DNA of 64,000 bases from a candidate division FCPU426 bacterium (GTDB taxonomy: Bacteria; Oederibacteriota; PGYV01; Palsa-1178). Under the pieces are notes generated by a model that ran no database searches, was not told the DNA's origin, and was given only the letters and a program-made list of their open reading frames with translations. The DNA is taken from assembly GCA_963840035.1 (NCBI GenBank), contig CAWIXE010000001.1, positions 384,001 to 448,000 of the forward strand, given 5' to 3'. Below are positions 41,307 through 51,102 of this stretch, one piece after another (positions within the stretch are counted from its first letter, which is position 1; every line of letters starts with the position of its first letter). The translations under genes were made by a program, and so were the position numbers.

Positions 41307-42128
41307 ATGAAAAAAATTATTATGTTATTTGTTTTTGTAATGGCCTTATCGGCTGTTTCCTTTTGCGCGGCTTCTTCCGACGATATGTTCTCCTACATCC
41401 CTTACAAAAGCGCCAGCTGGAAATCGCAGGTAACTATGGAAGGCAATGACGGGACAAACACCTTTGACCAGGTTATTTCTTTCAAAGGAAAAAAGATGCG
41501 CATGGAAGGAAAACTCAAGGACAAGTCCAGCGGGGAAACAGTAAATCAGGTCATCATAATGGACAGCAAGGCCATATACATAATTAACAGCGACAAAAAA
41601 TCAGCCATGAAGATGTCTCTTAAAAACAACATGAATCCGGAAAAATACAGCCAGGAAGCGGCCAAGTACAGGAAAAAAGCGAAGATGATAGGCACGCAGA
41701 CCATAGGCGGTGTGGCATGCGAAATTTTTGTGTATGATTATGAGATGGAAGGCAATGACAAACCCATCAAGATGAAAGAGTGGAGGGCCGCGGACGGATT
41801 TATAATGAAGAGCACTTCTGAAATGGAAAATATGAAAACCACGTCGGTTGTATCCGACCTGAAAAAGAACCCGTCGCTTTCAGACTCGCTGTTCGTTCCG
41901 GAAAAAGACATCACTATAATGGATATGGACAACCTCATGAAAGGCGCTTTTAAAGCCGCGGATGAAGAGGAAAAGGCTGAAAAAGCAGCTGAAAAGACGC
42001 TGAATAAGAAGGAAAAAGCAGAGGAAGAAGCAACGCCGGTTGACGCCGGGGAAGCCGTAAAAAAAGCGCTGCAGGACGAGGGCGCTGACGCGGCAAAGGA
42101 CGCTTTAAAAGGGTTGTTTGGGCAGTAA
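41307..42128 (+). CDS. Secreted DUF4412/LolA-like protein
   Basis: Signal peptide; KMRME, G..TIGG..CE, LSDSLF.P. Confidence 0.6.
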   Translation: MKKIIMLFVFVMALSAVSFCAASSDDMFSYIPYKSASWKSQVTMEGNDGTNTFDQVISFKGKKMRMEGKLKDKSSGETVNQVIIMDSKAIYIINSDKKSAMKMSLKNNMNPEKYSQEAAKYRKKAKMIGTQTIGGVACEIFVYDYEMEGNDKPIKMKEWRAADGFIMKSTSEMENMKTTSVVSDLKKNPSLSDSLFVPEKDITIMDMDNLMKGAFKAADEEEKAEKAAEKTLNKKEKAEEEATPVDAGEAVKKALQDEGADAAKDALKGLFGQ

Positions 42129-42171
42129 TAGAAAGTCAAAATTAATAAGTCAAAAGCAAAAGGTGAAGCAG

Positions 42172-42714
42172 ATGAATAGAAACAAAATTATTATTTTTGT
42201 AATATTTATTTTATTGTTAACTCAGGTATGTTTTGCCGGTGAAATAGGTTCCGTGTTTCCATCCTTTACAGGTAAAGCTATCGATGACGCAGTAACTTCT
42301 GTTGCTTCAGGCGTGACGCTGAAAGCGGAAGTGGTTGTGATGACTTTTTCCAGGCAGGACATGGCAATAACCGATTCATGGGTAAACACTGTGGCGGCAA
42401 AATACGCCGGCAATCAAAATGTGGCTGTCAGGGAAGTGGCGGTCATACCTGACATGCCTTTTATAACAGGGATAATACTTAACGGCATCAAAGGCGCAAT
42501 AGCGCAGAATAAGTGGAAGGATTTTATAATATACTCCGGGGACAAGGAAGCCATGATGAAATCCCTCGGTGCGGAAGACGCGTCTTTGTTTTATGTTTAC
42601 GTGGTCGGCAAAGGCGGGGTAATAAAGTGGTTTAAGAAAGGCGCAAAACCTGCTGAAGAAGACATTGCGGGTATTATGAAGGCTGTTGAGAAAGAGATAA
42701 AGCGCGGCAGTTAA
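42172..42714 (+). CDS. Secreted thioredoxin-like-fold protein without CxxC
   Basis: Signal peptide; G..FP.F.G; YVVGK.G.IKW. Confidence 0.5.
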   Translation: MNRNKIIIFVIFILLLTQVCFAGEIGSVFPSFTGKAIDDAVTSVASGVTLKAEVVVMTFSRQDMAITDSWVNTVAAKYAGNQNVAVREVAVIPDMPFITGIILNGIKGAIAQNKWKDFIIYSGDKEAMMKSLGAEDASLFYVYVVGKGGVIKWFKKGAKPAEEDIAGIMKAVEKEIKRGS

Positions 42715-42739
42715 TAGTTGTATTGAAAGAATTCAAGAT

Positions 42740-42852
42740 GTCATTGCGAGGAGGCGTATTTGTGTTTTGCCGACGAAGCAATCTTGCTGCTTTTAAGAGA
42801 AGAAACTAGATTGCTTCGTCGCCATAAATCAAATACGGCTCCTCGCAATGAC
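42740..42852. repeat. RPE-like palindromic element, copy 3 (inverted)
   Basis: Same arms in reverse orientation, between convergent genes. Confidence 0.88.
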
Positions 42853-42909
42853 AAACTGTAAAAATAAATATTGAATACCGCAAACTTAAAACTGCTTTTA
42901 TCTGATTTT

Positions 42910-43218
42910 TCAACAGCTGGACAAAAACCGTTTTATATACTCTTCCTTTATGTCCTTGTTATCCACCAAAAAATCCTCCGCAAGAGCCTGGCGCATGTCC
43001 GGCGGTATGGCGTATTTAGACCAGATGAAGCGCACCCCGGGTATCATCAGAAGCGCCTCGCTGAAATTTTCAGTGTAGACAAGAACGCTGTCAAAACCCG
43101 CGGTATTGTCAGGGCCGACAATCTTATAATAAAGGCTTAGAAATTCCTTCAATTTTTCATCTTTTGAGTCGAACACAATGGCGTCCGCTTTTCTCAGCAT
43201 GTCGTATGTGATGTCCAT
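42910..43218 (-). CDS. Hypothetical protein
   Basis: ORF with protein-like composition in an otherwise empty gap. Confidence 0.5.
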   Translation of the reverse strand: MDITYDMLRKADAIVFDSKDEKLKEFLSLYYKIVGPDNTAGFDSVLVYTENFSEALLMIPGVRFIWSKYAIPPDMRQALAEDFLVDNKDIKEEYIKRFLSSC

Positions 43219-43452
43219 GACGGAAAGTATAACATAAAACAATAATTTCTAATTCCTTATTTCTGATTTCTAATTATACAAGACTACGGGACTAACCTGT
43301 ACTGCCGTTATCAGAAATTAGAAATGAGAAATTAGAAATTTTAAGTTTTAAGTTGATAACCCTTTATTGACCTGCCATTTTATTTATGCTAAAATCTCTC
43401 ATTAGTCTACAAGAGCGGATTTTGTCCTTTTACTTCTTTATAAGGAGGAAGG

Positions 43453-44733
43453 GTGAAGATAAAGACCGATTTTTTCCTTGGTACTGCTTTCATTATTATA
43501 CTATCCATAGCTGCCACAGCATTTGTCCTGGCAAATGACGCCAGGCTGATGCTAAAACAGGAGATAGGCGACAAAGCAAACCTGTTAATTAACGGCATAC
43601 GCGGCGTGGCCGTCGAATCACTCATAAAAAAAGACCTTCTTTCCCTCAATTATTTTATTAAGGAAGCAGCCGCAACCAGGGGCATTCTGTATATCCTCGT
43701 AACTGACAGGAACGGGAACATTGCCGCTTCAAACAATCCCAAAGACAACGGAATGCACATTGCCGAAGCTTATCCCCTTATAGAGCCGGTTACGGGCACC
43801 ATGGACATTAACATCTCCGGAACCGCGCACAGGGCGCTTAATTTTACCGAAGAGATGGATATAAAAAACGCTGATAAAAAAATCACGGCAGGCAGGATAT
43901 ACGTGGGCTTTGACAGGAATTACATAGAGAATAAAATGATGATGATATATATAAAAAGCGCGGTGATAGCGTTAATCGTCATGATAATCGCGGTCTTCCT
44001 CGTTATGTACATGGTCGGGAGGATAACAAGGCCCATGAAGCAGCTTGTGGACGGAACCGATGTTATCGCGCAGGGGGACTTAAAGCACCGGATAAAGGTG
44101 GACGTTAAAAACGAGTTCCAGTCGCTGGCAAATTCGTTCAATTCCATGACGCAAAAGCTTGACGAATATTACGAAGGCATATTGAACGCCTTTACCATAG
44201 CGGTAGACTCAAAAAACAAATATACCACCGGCCATTCACGCAGGGTATCAAAATACGCGCTCGCCCTGGGCAGGGAACTAAAACTCGGCCAGCAGCAGCT
44301 GGAAAATATCCGCATAGCGTCAATACTGATGGACATCGGGAACCTCGGGGTAAAGGACGCGGTGTTTACAAAGACAGATTCCCTCACAGCCGAGGATTTC
44401 ATACAGATACAAAAGCACCCTGAAATAAGCGCAAAGATACTGAAAAATATCCCCGCCTTAAATGAAGTGGTGCCCATCATAATCCAGCATCATGAAAGGC
44501 ACGACGGCATGGGTTATCCCTCGGGGTTAAAGGGAGACCAGATATCCATCGAGGCAAAGGTGCTTTCTTTGGCGGACGCGTACGACGCCATGACCACACA
44601 GAGGGAGCACAGGAAGGCCCTTTCCATGGACGAGGCCGTATATGAGCTCAGGAATAACAAGGAAAAGCAGTTTGACCCCAAAGTCACGGAAGCTTTCATC
44701 GGAGTCATCAACAGAGAGGGCGGGGCGGCATAA
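43453..44733 (+). CDS. Membrane sensor-HAMP-HD-GYP protein with a degenerate HD motif
   Basis: 2 TM, HAMP, GHSRRV, LMDIGN, HHERHDGMGYP, ADAYDAMT. Confidence 0.9.
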   Translation: MKIKTDFFLGTAFIIILSIAATAFVLANDARLMLKQEIGDKANLLINGIRGVAVESLIKKDLLSLNYFIKEAAATRGILYILVTDRNGNIAASNNPKDNGMHIAEAYPLIEPVTGTMDINISGTAHRALNFTEEMDIKNADKKITAGRIYVGFDRNYIENKMMMIYIKSAVIALIVMIIAVFLVMYMVGRITRPMKQLVDGTDVIAQGDLKHRIKVDVKNEFQSLANSFNSMTQKLDEYYEGILNAFTIAVDSKNKYTTGHSRRVSKYALALGRELKLGQQQLENIRIASILMDIGNLGVKDAVFTKTDSLTAEDFIQIQKHPEISAKILKNIPALNEVVPIIIQHHERHDGMGYPSGLKGDQISIEAKVLSLADAYDAMTTQREHRKALSMDEAVYELRNNKEKQFDPKVTEAFIGVINREGGAA

Positions 44734-46247
44734 TGGCAAAGAAAAAGAAGAAAAAAGGCTTAAGGATATCGCTCAGTTTCAAGTTCAGCTTTTTTGTCGG
44801 GCTGCTATTGACGGGAATTATGATAGCCCTCACCATATTTATTTATAACCAGGAAAAAACAGCTCTTTCTTCTGAAGTTAAAAAGAGGGGCACTGCCATA
44901 GCGAAAAATCTCGCTAACAACGCTGAAGAGGCGCTGACCACGAACGAAGAGCTGACGCTTTTTGTGCTGGCCAAGCAGGCGGTGCAGGACCCGCCGGCAG
45001 GGCAGGAAGCCGAGACACAAAACTTCTGGATAGCGGTTCTCATGAACCTTAAAGACGATATTATGGGAAATATCATAGAGACAAAGCCCGTAAAAAATGA
45101 GGGCATCCTTGACGCGGTCGTGGTAAAAAAAGGCATTATCGCGTCCGCCAGCAACGCCACGTTGAACAAGCAGGGCGATGAGTATAACCTTCCGGCAGGG
45201 ATAAAACCGCTCGCGCCGTCGGATGACGTGCTTATTCAGGATTATTCCGAGAACGGAAAGGAATATTTTGATATTGCGGTGCCGATCACTTCGCTCGGCA
45301 GCACCGTGCTCGGCGAAGTACACTTAAAAGTGTCGCAGGACCTCATATCAAAGGTAGTCACGGCAGCGGCCATTAAAGTCGTCCTTATCACAATAGCCGC
45401 GCTTATCGTAGGAATTATTGTTTCCATAATACTTGTGACTATAATTACCAACCCGATAAAATATCTGGTAAGCGGCGTGCGCGCGATGGGAGAAGGCGAC
45501 TTCGACACACAGATAAAGATTAAATCAAGCGACGAACTCGGCGAGCTTACAGAGGCGTTTAATGCCACCGCAAAAAGCTTAAAGGAAAAGGAACTTTTAA
45601 AAGGCGCGTTTTCCACTTACGTATCCGGAGCGCTCATGGAGGAAATATTAAAGGACCCGACAAAACTTTCCCTCCACGGGAAAAAATTAAAGGCAACCAT
45701 GCTCTTCACCGACATCAGGGGGTTTACGTCAATGTCAGAGACCCTGGACCCGGTCGAGGTTGTTTCCATAATAAACGAATACCTGACGCTGCAGACCGAT
45801 AAGGTCATGAAATGGCAGGGAGTTCTTGACAAATTCGTCGGTGACTGCGTCATGGCCGTATACGGCGTGCCGTTTCCCAAGGAAGACGATTCATACAGGG
45901 CTATCCGGACCGCGCTTGACATAAGGGACGGCCTTATCAAGCTTAATTCCATAAGGGAAAGGCGCGGCCAGAAAATTGTGGGCATCGGCATCGGCATAAA
46001 TACCGGGGAAGTCGTTTCCGGAAATATGGGTTCCCCTCAGAAAATGGATTATACCGTCATCGGCGATAACGTGAACCTGGCAGCGAGGCTTGAGGCAAAC
46101 GCGCCGGCGGGCAGGATATATGTCAGTGAGTCCACATACCTGGAAACAAAAGACAGGATCGAATACATACAGCTGGAGTCAATCATGGTAAAGGGAAAGA
46201 AAGAACCGATAAATGTCTACGAGCCCATCAGGGCACTTATAGCATAA
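44733..46247 (+). CDS. Membrane sensor-HAMP class III adenylate cyclase
   Basis: DELGEL..AFN HAMP; FTDIRGFT, DKFVGD, DYTVIGDNVNLAARL. Confidence 0.93.
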   Translation: MAKKKKKKGLRISLSFKFSFFVGLLLTGIMIALTIFIYNQEKTALSSEVKKRGTAIAKNLANNAEEALTTNEELTLFVLAKQAVQDPPAGQEAETQNFWIAVLMNLKDDIMGNIIETKPVKNEGILDAVVVKKGIIASASNATLNKQGDEYNLPAGIKPLAPSDDVLIQDYSENGKEYFDIAVPITSLGSTVLGEVHLKVSQDLISKVVTAAAIKVVLITIAALIVGIIVSIILVTIITNPIKYLVSGVRAMGEGDFDTQIKIKSSDELGELTEAFNATAKSLKEKELLKGAFSTYVSGALMEEILKDPTKLSLHGKKLKATMLFTDIRGFTSMSETLDPVEVVSIINEYLTLQTDKVMKWQGVLDKFVGDCVMAVYGVPFPKEDDSYRAIRTALDIRDGLIKLNSIRERRGQKIVGIGIGINTGEVVSGNMGSPQKMDYTVIGDNVNLAARLEANAPAGRIYVSESTYLETKDRIEYIQLESIMVKGKKEPINVYEPIRALIA

Positions 46248-46258
46248 GAAGGCGGAGA

Positions 46259-47500
46259 ATGGAAGATAAGAAGGATATAATAAAAACCATCACACGGTAC
46301 ACACAGGCAGGGGACTGGCCCAAAGCCATCAAGGAGTATGAAAAACTTCTTGCCATGGACCCCAATGACATAAATATTTTTAACTCCCTGGGCGAAGCTT
46401 TATCCAAGGTCGGGGAGAACAGGAAAGCCTTTGAGTATTTCAAAAAAGTGCTTGAGGATTACCAGGCAAAGGGCAATGCCTCAAAAATAATGTTCCTATA
46501 TAAAAAGATAGCGAAACTTGACCCGAAAAAGTTCGACCTTGAAGGAAAGGCAATGCATGAAAAAATATCAAAGATAGTGACGGCCATAACCATGGCGGAC
46601 GCCGGCGACGCGGGCGCGCTGGATTTTTTAAGGGAAGCCGAGAAGATAGACAGGTATAACTATGAGATACTCACCAGGATCGGCGAAATATGCGAAAAGA
46701 AAAACATGATAGGCGAGGCTGTTGAGGCCTACACAAAGTCCATCAGGGTGCTTGTGGAAAAAGGAAAGAAAGACGAGGCCATAATCATAGCGAACAAAGT
46801 GCTGGTCATGGACAAGGAAAACACCGAAGCCATGGCAATGGTGGCCGACGACATGCTTTCAAAGGGTAAAAAAGAGCAGGCCGAGGCGATATTCAAGGAC
46901 CTGCTTATAACCATGGCGGAAAAGGATAAGATAGCGGACGGCAAGCAGGTGGCAAAGCGCGCCATGGACCTGAACATAATGTACGGCAAGCAGTTCTACG
47001 CTTACTTTCTTTTTAAGGACAATAACATCGAAGAGGCAAAAAAAATACTCGAGCACGGCGAGGAACTATCAGCCGAGGAAAAAGTGCTGCTCGGGAAAAT
47101 ATATTTCAAGGGCTGCGAATATGACAAGTCAAAATCCGTCCTGATGTCGCTGGACCCGGAAATAATCAACACCAATGTGGAAATTTTGGAGATTATAGCC
47201 GACTCGCTGCTTAAACTGAGGGAATACAAAAACGCGGCGGAAAATTACCTGAAGGCGCTTAAGATTCTCAAGTCCGAAGGCAGCCTGGATGACGCCATAA
47301 TGATGGCAAATAAAATGATGAACGTGGAAACGGAAAATACCGAGCTTCACGAGATAATGGCTGAGATTTATACAAAGAAAAACATGAAAGCAAAGGTCAT
47401 AGACGAATACACCAAGCTGGCCGCGCTCTACGACAAGAATGGCCGCGGCGAAGACTCGGTAAAAATAAAGCAGGCCCTTGCGAAACTTAAGCTGATATGA
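46259..47500 (+). CDS. TPR-repeat protein
   Basis: AIKEYEKLL..DPND..IFNSLG and further helical repeats. Confidence 0.8.
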   Translation: MEDKKDIIKTITRYTQAGDWPKAIKEYEKLLAMDPNDINIFNSLGEALSKVGENRKAFEYFKKVLEDYQAKGNASKIMFLYKKIAKLDPKKFDLEGKAMHEKISKIVTAITMADAGDAGALDFLREAEKIDRYNYEILTRIGEICEKKNMIGEAVEAYTKSIRVLVEKGKKDEAIIIANKVLVMDKENTEAMAMVADDMLSKGKKEQAEAIFKDLLITMAEKDKIADGKQVAKRAMDLNIMYGKQFYAYFLFKDNNIEEAKKILEHGEELSAEEKVLLGKIYFKGCEYDKSKSVLMSLDPEIINTNVEILEIIADSLLKLREYKNAAENYLKALKILKSEGSLDDAIMMANKMMNVETENTELHEIMAEIYTKKNMKAKVIDEYTKLAALYDKNGRGEDSVKIKQALAKLKLI

Positions 47501-47856
47501 AGGCCTTTGACTGTGATTTCTGCGCCTTAAAAGCAAAGGCGCAGGACACCGTGGTGAAATGGCACTATGACGCCTCAAAAAAACTCTCCTGTAATTTCCA
47601 GGTGGTCCATGACAGGGTCCCGTGCAATGTCAAAGGCGAAGGGGCTTTTTTTAACAGGTCCCTGCCGCTTTTATATGTCTTTAAAAATATGCCGGAGTTC
47701 CTTTACTTTGTTTCAAGGCACGAGGTGAACAAAAAGGAGCTGAAAAAATTTACTGAACGCGTGGAAAAAGACAGGTCATATATAAGACGGCATACAGTGG
47801 ATAAGAAGGAAGTAAAGAAGCTGATAATAAGGATGGAAGGTATGGGTGAAGGGTGA
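47497..47856 (+). CDS. Hypothetical protein with an N-terminal CxxC
   Basis: ATGA overlap with the TPR gene; CDFC plus two more Cys. Confidence 0.6.
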   Translation: MKAFDCDFCALKAKAQDTVVKWHYDASKKLSCNFQVVHDRVPCNVKGEGAFFNRSLPLLYVFKNMPEFLYFVSRHEVNKKELKKFTERVEKDRSYIRRHTVDKKEVKKLIIRMEGMGEG

Positions 47857-47976
47857 AAGGTGATAGGAAAAGCAAGATGAAGGCAGTTTTAAGTTTAAAG
47901 TTTTAAGATGTTATGTGGGGCCTTATCTTTAAACTTAAAACTTCAAACTGATATTATCTGATTTCACAGGAGACAT

Positions 47977-48429
47977 ATGGAACATAAGGACGTACGGGCA
48001 AAACTGAAAGAATACACAGTTGACGAACTTGATAAGGACACCATGCGGGAAATGGAAATCCATATTGAGACATGCGTGATATGCAAAAAGGAACTTCTTT
48101 TATGGCAGGAAGTCATAGCCAAGCAGAAGGAAAACGCCAGGATCAGGCAGTTTATACCGTCAGGCACCTTCCGTGAACGCATAAATTACAGGATGAACAG
48201 GATGGAAAGCGAAAAAAACCTCCCTCCCTTAATAATGAGGATGAAAGCCATAGAGCGCGCCTTGACAAGCACCACAGGCAGGATGATAATACAGATGTCA
48301 GTGCTTCTTCTGGGTTTCCTTTGGCTTCTTTTTGTGGTAAAAAAAGGGACCAGTTTATTGTCTTTATTCTTCCTCATGATAGGATTTGGCGCGCTGTTTT
48401 TCCTGATACTTAAGAGGAAGAAAAAATAG
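47977..48429 (+). CDS. Zinc-binding anti-sigma-factor-like membrane protein
   Basis: HIETCVIC (HxxxCxxC) followed by 2 TM helices. Confidence 0.75.
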   Translation: MEHKDVRAKLKEYTVDELDKDTMREMEIHIETCVICKKELLLWQEVIAKQKENARIRQFIPSGTFRERINYRMNRMESEKNLPPLIMRMKAIERALTSTTGRMIIQMSVLLLGFLWLLFVVKKGTSLLSLFFLMIGFGALFFLILKRKKK

Positions 48430-48583
48430 AGGAAGCCCCTTCATTATTATATTCAGAAGCAGTTTTCAATAATTCAACAAACCATTAATATATTTGTAAA
48501 TAGGGCTTTATTTTTTGTAGTTTTTTTGGTAAATTTATATAAAGGACCATTTACAGGGAAAAACCATAAAAACGAGGTTAAAA

Positions 48584-49390
48584 TTGAGAAAGTCAGTCTT
48601 TCTTGCGTTATTGGTATGCTTTCTTGCGCCTATTGCCATGGCCGCTCCAAGCGCGACAAAGACACCTTATCAGGCAAAGACTGTTTTTACCGGCGGAGGG
48701 ACAACAGAAAACGCGCTTACCGCAAAATATTACGCTGCCGCGGTTAATTACCACAAGAAGAAAGACTTTAAAAACGCCCTCATGTATTATAACGCCGCCA
48801 TCAAAAAAGACAGGAAGTTCTGGCAGGCATGGCTGGGGCTTGGCATCTGTTATTATTCCATGGCCAAGTACAGGAACGCGAAACTCATATTCCAGTATGT
48901 GCTTTCCTTAAAGCCGGACGAACCGACCGCAAAAAAATACTACGATATCATGTCGCCTAAAAAAGCAAAAGCCGGGGCAATAGCCCCGATAAACAGGGCA
49001 AAAGGGGAACTCATGTGGCGCTCGGCGCTGCTGCCGGGGCTCGGCCAGTTTTATAACGAGGAAATAGCGAAGGGATATATTTATTCCCTTGCTTATGTGG
49101 CAAGCATAGCGGCAATTGTAAAGTACATCATAGACCAGCAAAGCGCGGTGGCCGCATATAATAACGCAAATAATGATTTTGAAGTAAAGTATAAGGCAAT
49201 ACAGGACGCTCAGACAAAAGTTATCATACCGGTGGCGACCGCCGCGGTAGTGTGGGGAATATCCGTGCTGGACGCGTACTTAAGCGGCAAGGACGAGAAG
49301 CCGGCGGCGGCGAAAAGAACAAACACGGTGGAATTCAAATACGACGGCGGGGTTACAGTGGCGGTCAACCTTTTACAGGCGAGTTTCTAA
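48584..49390 (+). CDS. Secreted TPR + DUF5683-like protein, copy A
   Basis: Signal peptide, TPRs, SALLPGLGQFYN, VLDAY. Confidence 0.75.
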   Translation: MRKSVFLALLVCFLAPIAMAAPSATKTPYQAKTVFTGGGTTENALTAKYYAAAVNYHKKKDFKNALMYYNAAIKKDRKFWQAWLGLGICYYSMAKYRNAKLIFQYVLSLKPDEPTAKKYYDIMSPKKAKAGAIAPINRAKGELMWRSALLPGLGQFYNEEIAKGYIYSLAYVASIAAIVKYIIDQQSAVAAYNNANNDFEVKYKAIQDAQTKVIIPVATAAVVWGISVLDAYLSGKDEKPAAAKRTNTVEFKYDGGVTVAVNLLQASF

Positions 49391-49391
49391 G

Positions 49392-50288
49392 GTGAAGATG
49401 AAAAAAACATGCGTTATAATCACAGCGGCGCTGGCGCTTTTAATTGCGGCTTCATGCGCGCAGTATAAGAGGAACAATCCGTATGACCCCGGAGGCGAAG
49501 CTTACGCCGGCATAACATACAAAGGCAGCGCGTGGTATCCCATGTCCACCGAGATAAAAGGAATGGTTGTGAATCAGGGCTTCCTGAATTTCGCGGCCTA
49601 TCAGACGGGGCCCGGGGACTGCGTCATAAAGATGACCGGCGCGCAGGCTTTTACCGTAATAGGGTCAACGGGGACCGCCACGGGAAGTTTTAATTTTATC
49701 AATGACATTGCCGCGGATAATTCCGGAAACCTGTACGTGACGGATAAGACGGCAAAAGTGCAGGTCATAAGCGCGGCGAACACGGTAACGAGCTGGCCCA
49801 TATCCGCCACGGGCGTGGATAACCTCTACCTTGAGTGGCTTAATAATTATATTTTCATTAGCAACTCCATGGACGATACCGTCACGAAATATACGCAATC
49901 AGGCGTCTATGACAGCCAGATATCCATAACTACAACCGCGCTAGGGAATTTTAAGCCGGGCAGGATTTTCAGGTCGTCTTCAAACCTTTTTGTGGTAAAC
50001 GAACTTGATAAAAGCCAGGTGGTTAAGATGACGGATACCCTCATAAACTCCGATATCAAGGATTTTCCCGCGTCCATATATGACGGTGCGGCGGCCATAA
50101 CAGGAATGCAGCTGGTTTCAAGCAGGGTTGTTTACAAAGTTGACAGCAACATGGTGCTTTCCCTTAAATGGGGTGATTTCGGCGAAGGGCCGGGAAGGAT
50201 ATTAAACGGCAAACTCGCGGCTTATGACGGGGCAACCAATATGACATACATACTTGACAGTTCCACAATAAAGGTATTTGGAGAGTAA
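49392..50288 (+). CDS. NHL-like beta-propeller lipoprotein, copy A
   Basis: Lipobox AASC, RNNPYDP, IAADNSGNLYVTD. Confidence 0.72.
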   Translation: MKMKKTCVIITAALALLIAASCAQYKRNNPYDPGGEAYAGITYKGSAWYPMSTEIKGMVVNQGFLNFAAYQTGPGDCVIKMTGAQAFTVIGSTGTATGSFNFINDIAADNSGNLYVTDKTAKVQVISAANTVTSWPISATGVDNLYLEWLNNYIFISNSMDDTVTKYTQSGVYDSQISITTTALGNFKPGRIFRSSSNLFVVNELDKSQVVKMTDTLINSDIKDFPASIYDGAAAITGMQLVSSRVVYKVDSNMVLSLKWGDFGEGPGRILNGKLAAYDGATNMTYILDSSTIKVFGE

Positions 50289-51101
50289 ATGAAAAATTTT
50301 TTACGGGTCAGTTTAATCGTTTTATCTGTTTTGTGCGCGGCAGCTTTATTTGCCGTGGAAGCCGCGCCGGCGGAAGATGCCGGATTGCCAGAACAGGACC
50401 GGCAGCAGGCTGACGTATTACAGGACATAATGCCGGCGCGAACACAGTACACAAAAACAGAACTTTACATACTGCAGGGGGACAAGTTTTTTAACGCGGG
50501 AAACTTTACAAACGCCGTGAAATACTATTATGCCGTAGCGAAACTTGAGCCTAAAAACCTGAAAGCTTGGAAAAAAACGGCTTTTTGTTATTACCAGATG
50601 AAACAGCATAAATACGCCTACTTCTGTTTTCAGAAGGTTCTGGCCATTGATAAAGCCGATAAGGACGCCGTGGAATTCATGGATTATTATAAGACAATAG
50701 TCGGCCAGTCAAAAAAAACCGCCGTTAAACGCGAGATGGCTGATTCCCTGTGGCGCGCGTCAGTGCTTCCGGGATTCGGGCAGTTTTATAACAACCAGTA
50801 CAGCAAGGGAATAGTGATAGCGGGGAGTTTTATATGCTCGCTGGGGCTGACAATATTCAGCGTAGCCGATGAAAAGATGAAATATGAAAAATACCTGAAA
50901 GCAAACGAGAACCAGGACCTGGCTTTCAAGGAAGCGCAGGACGCGTATACAAACGCCCTCATATGGGGGCTCATCGCAGGCGGGGTCTACGCCATAGGGA
51001 TTGTAGACGCGGCGTTGAATTACAACTGCGAGGAAGCAAGGTCAATCGGCATGGAAGTAAAAAACAACGCTGTTTACCTGGCGGCGGGGATGAAGTGGTA
51101 G
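50289..51101 (+). CDS. Secreted TPR + DUF5683-like protein, copy B
   Basis: TPRs, ASVLPGFGQFYN, IVDAA. Confidence 0.75.
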   Translation: MKNFLRVSLIVLSVLCAAALFAVEAAPAEDAGLPEQDRQQADVLQDIMPARTQYTKTELYILQGDKFFNAGNFTNAVKYYYAVAKLEPKNLKAWKKTAFCYYQMKQHKYAYFCFQKVLAIDKADKDAVEFMDYYKTIVGQSKKTAVKREMADSLWRASVLPGFGQFYNNQYSKGIVIAGSFICSLGLTIFSVADEKMKYEKYLKANENQDLAFKEAQDAYTNALIWGLIAGGVYAIGIVDAALNYNCEEARSIGMEVKNNAVYLAAGMKW

Positions 51102-51102
51102 G

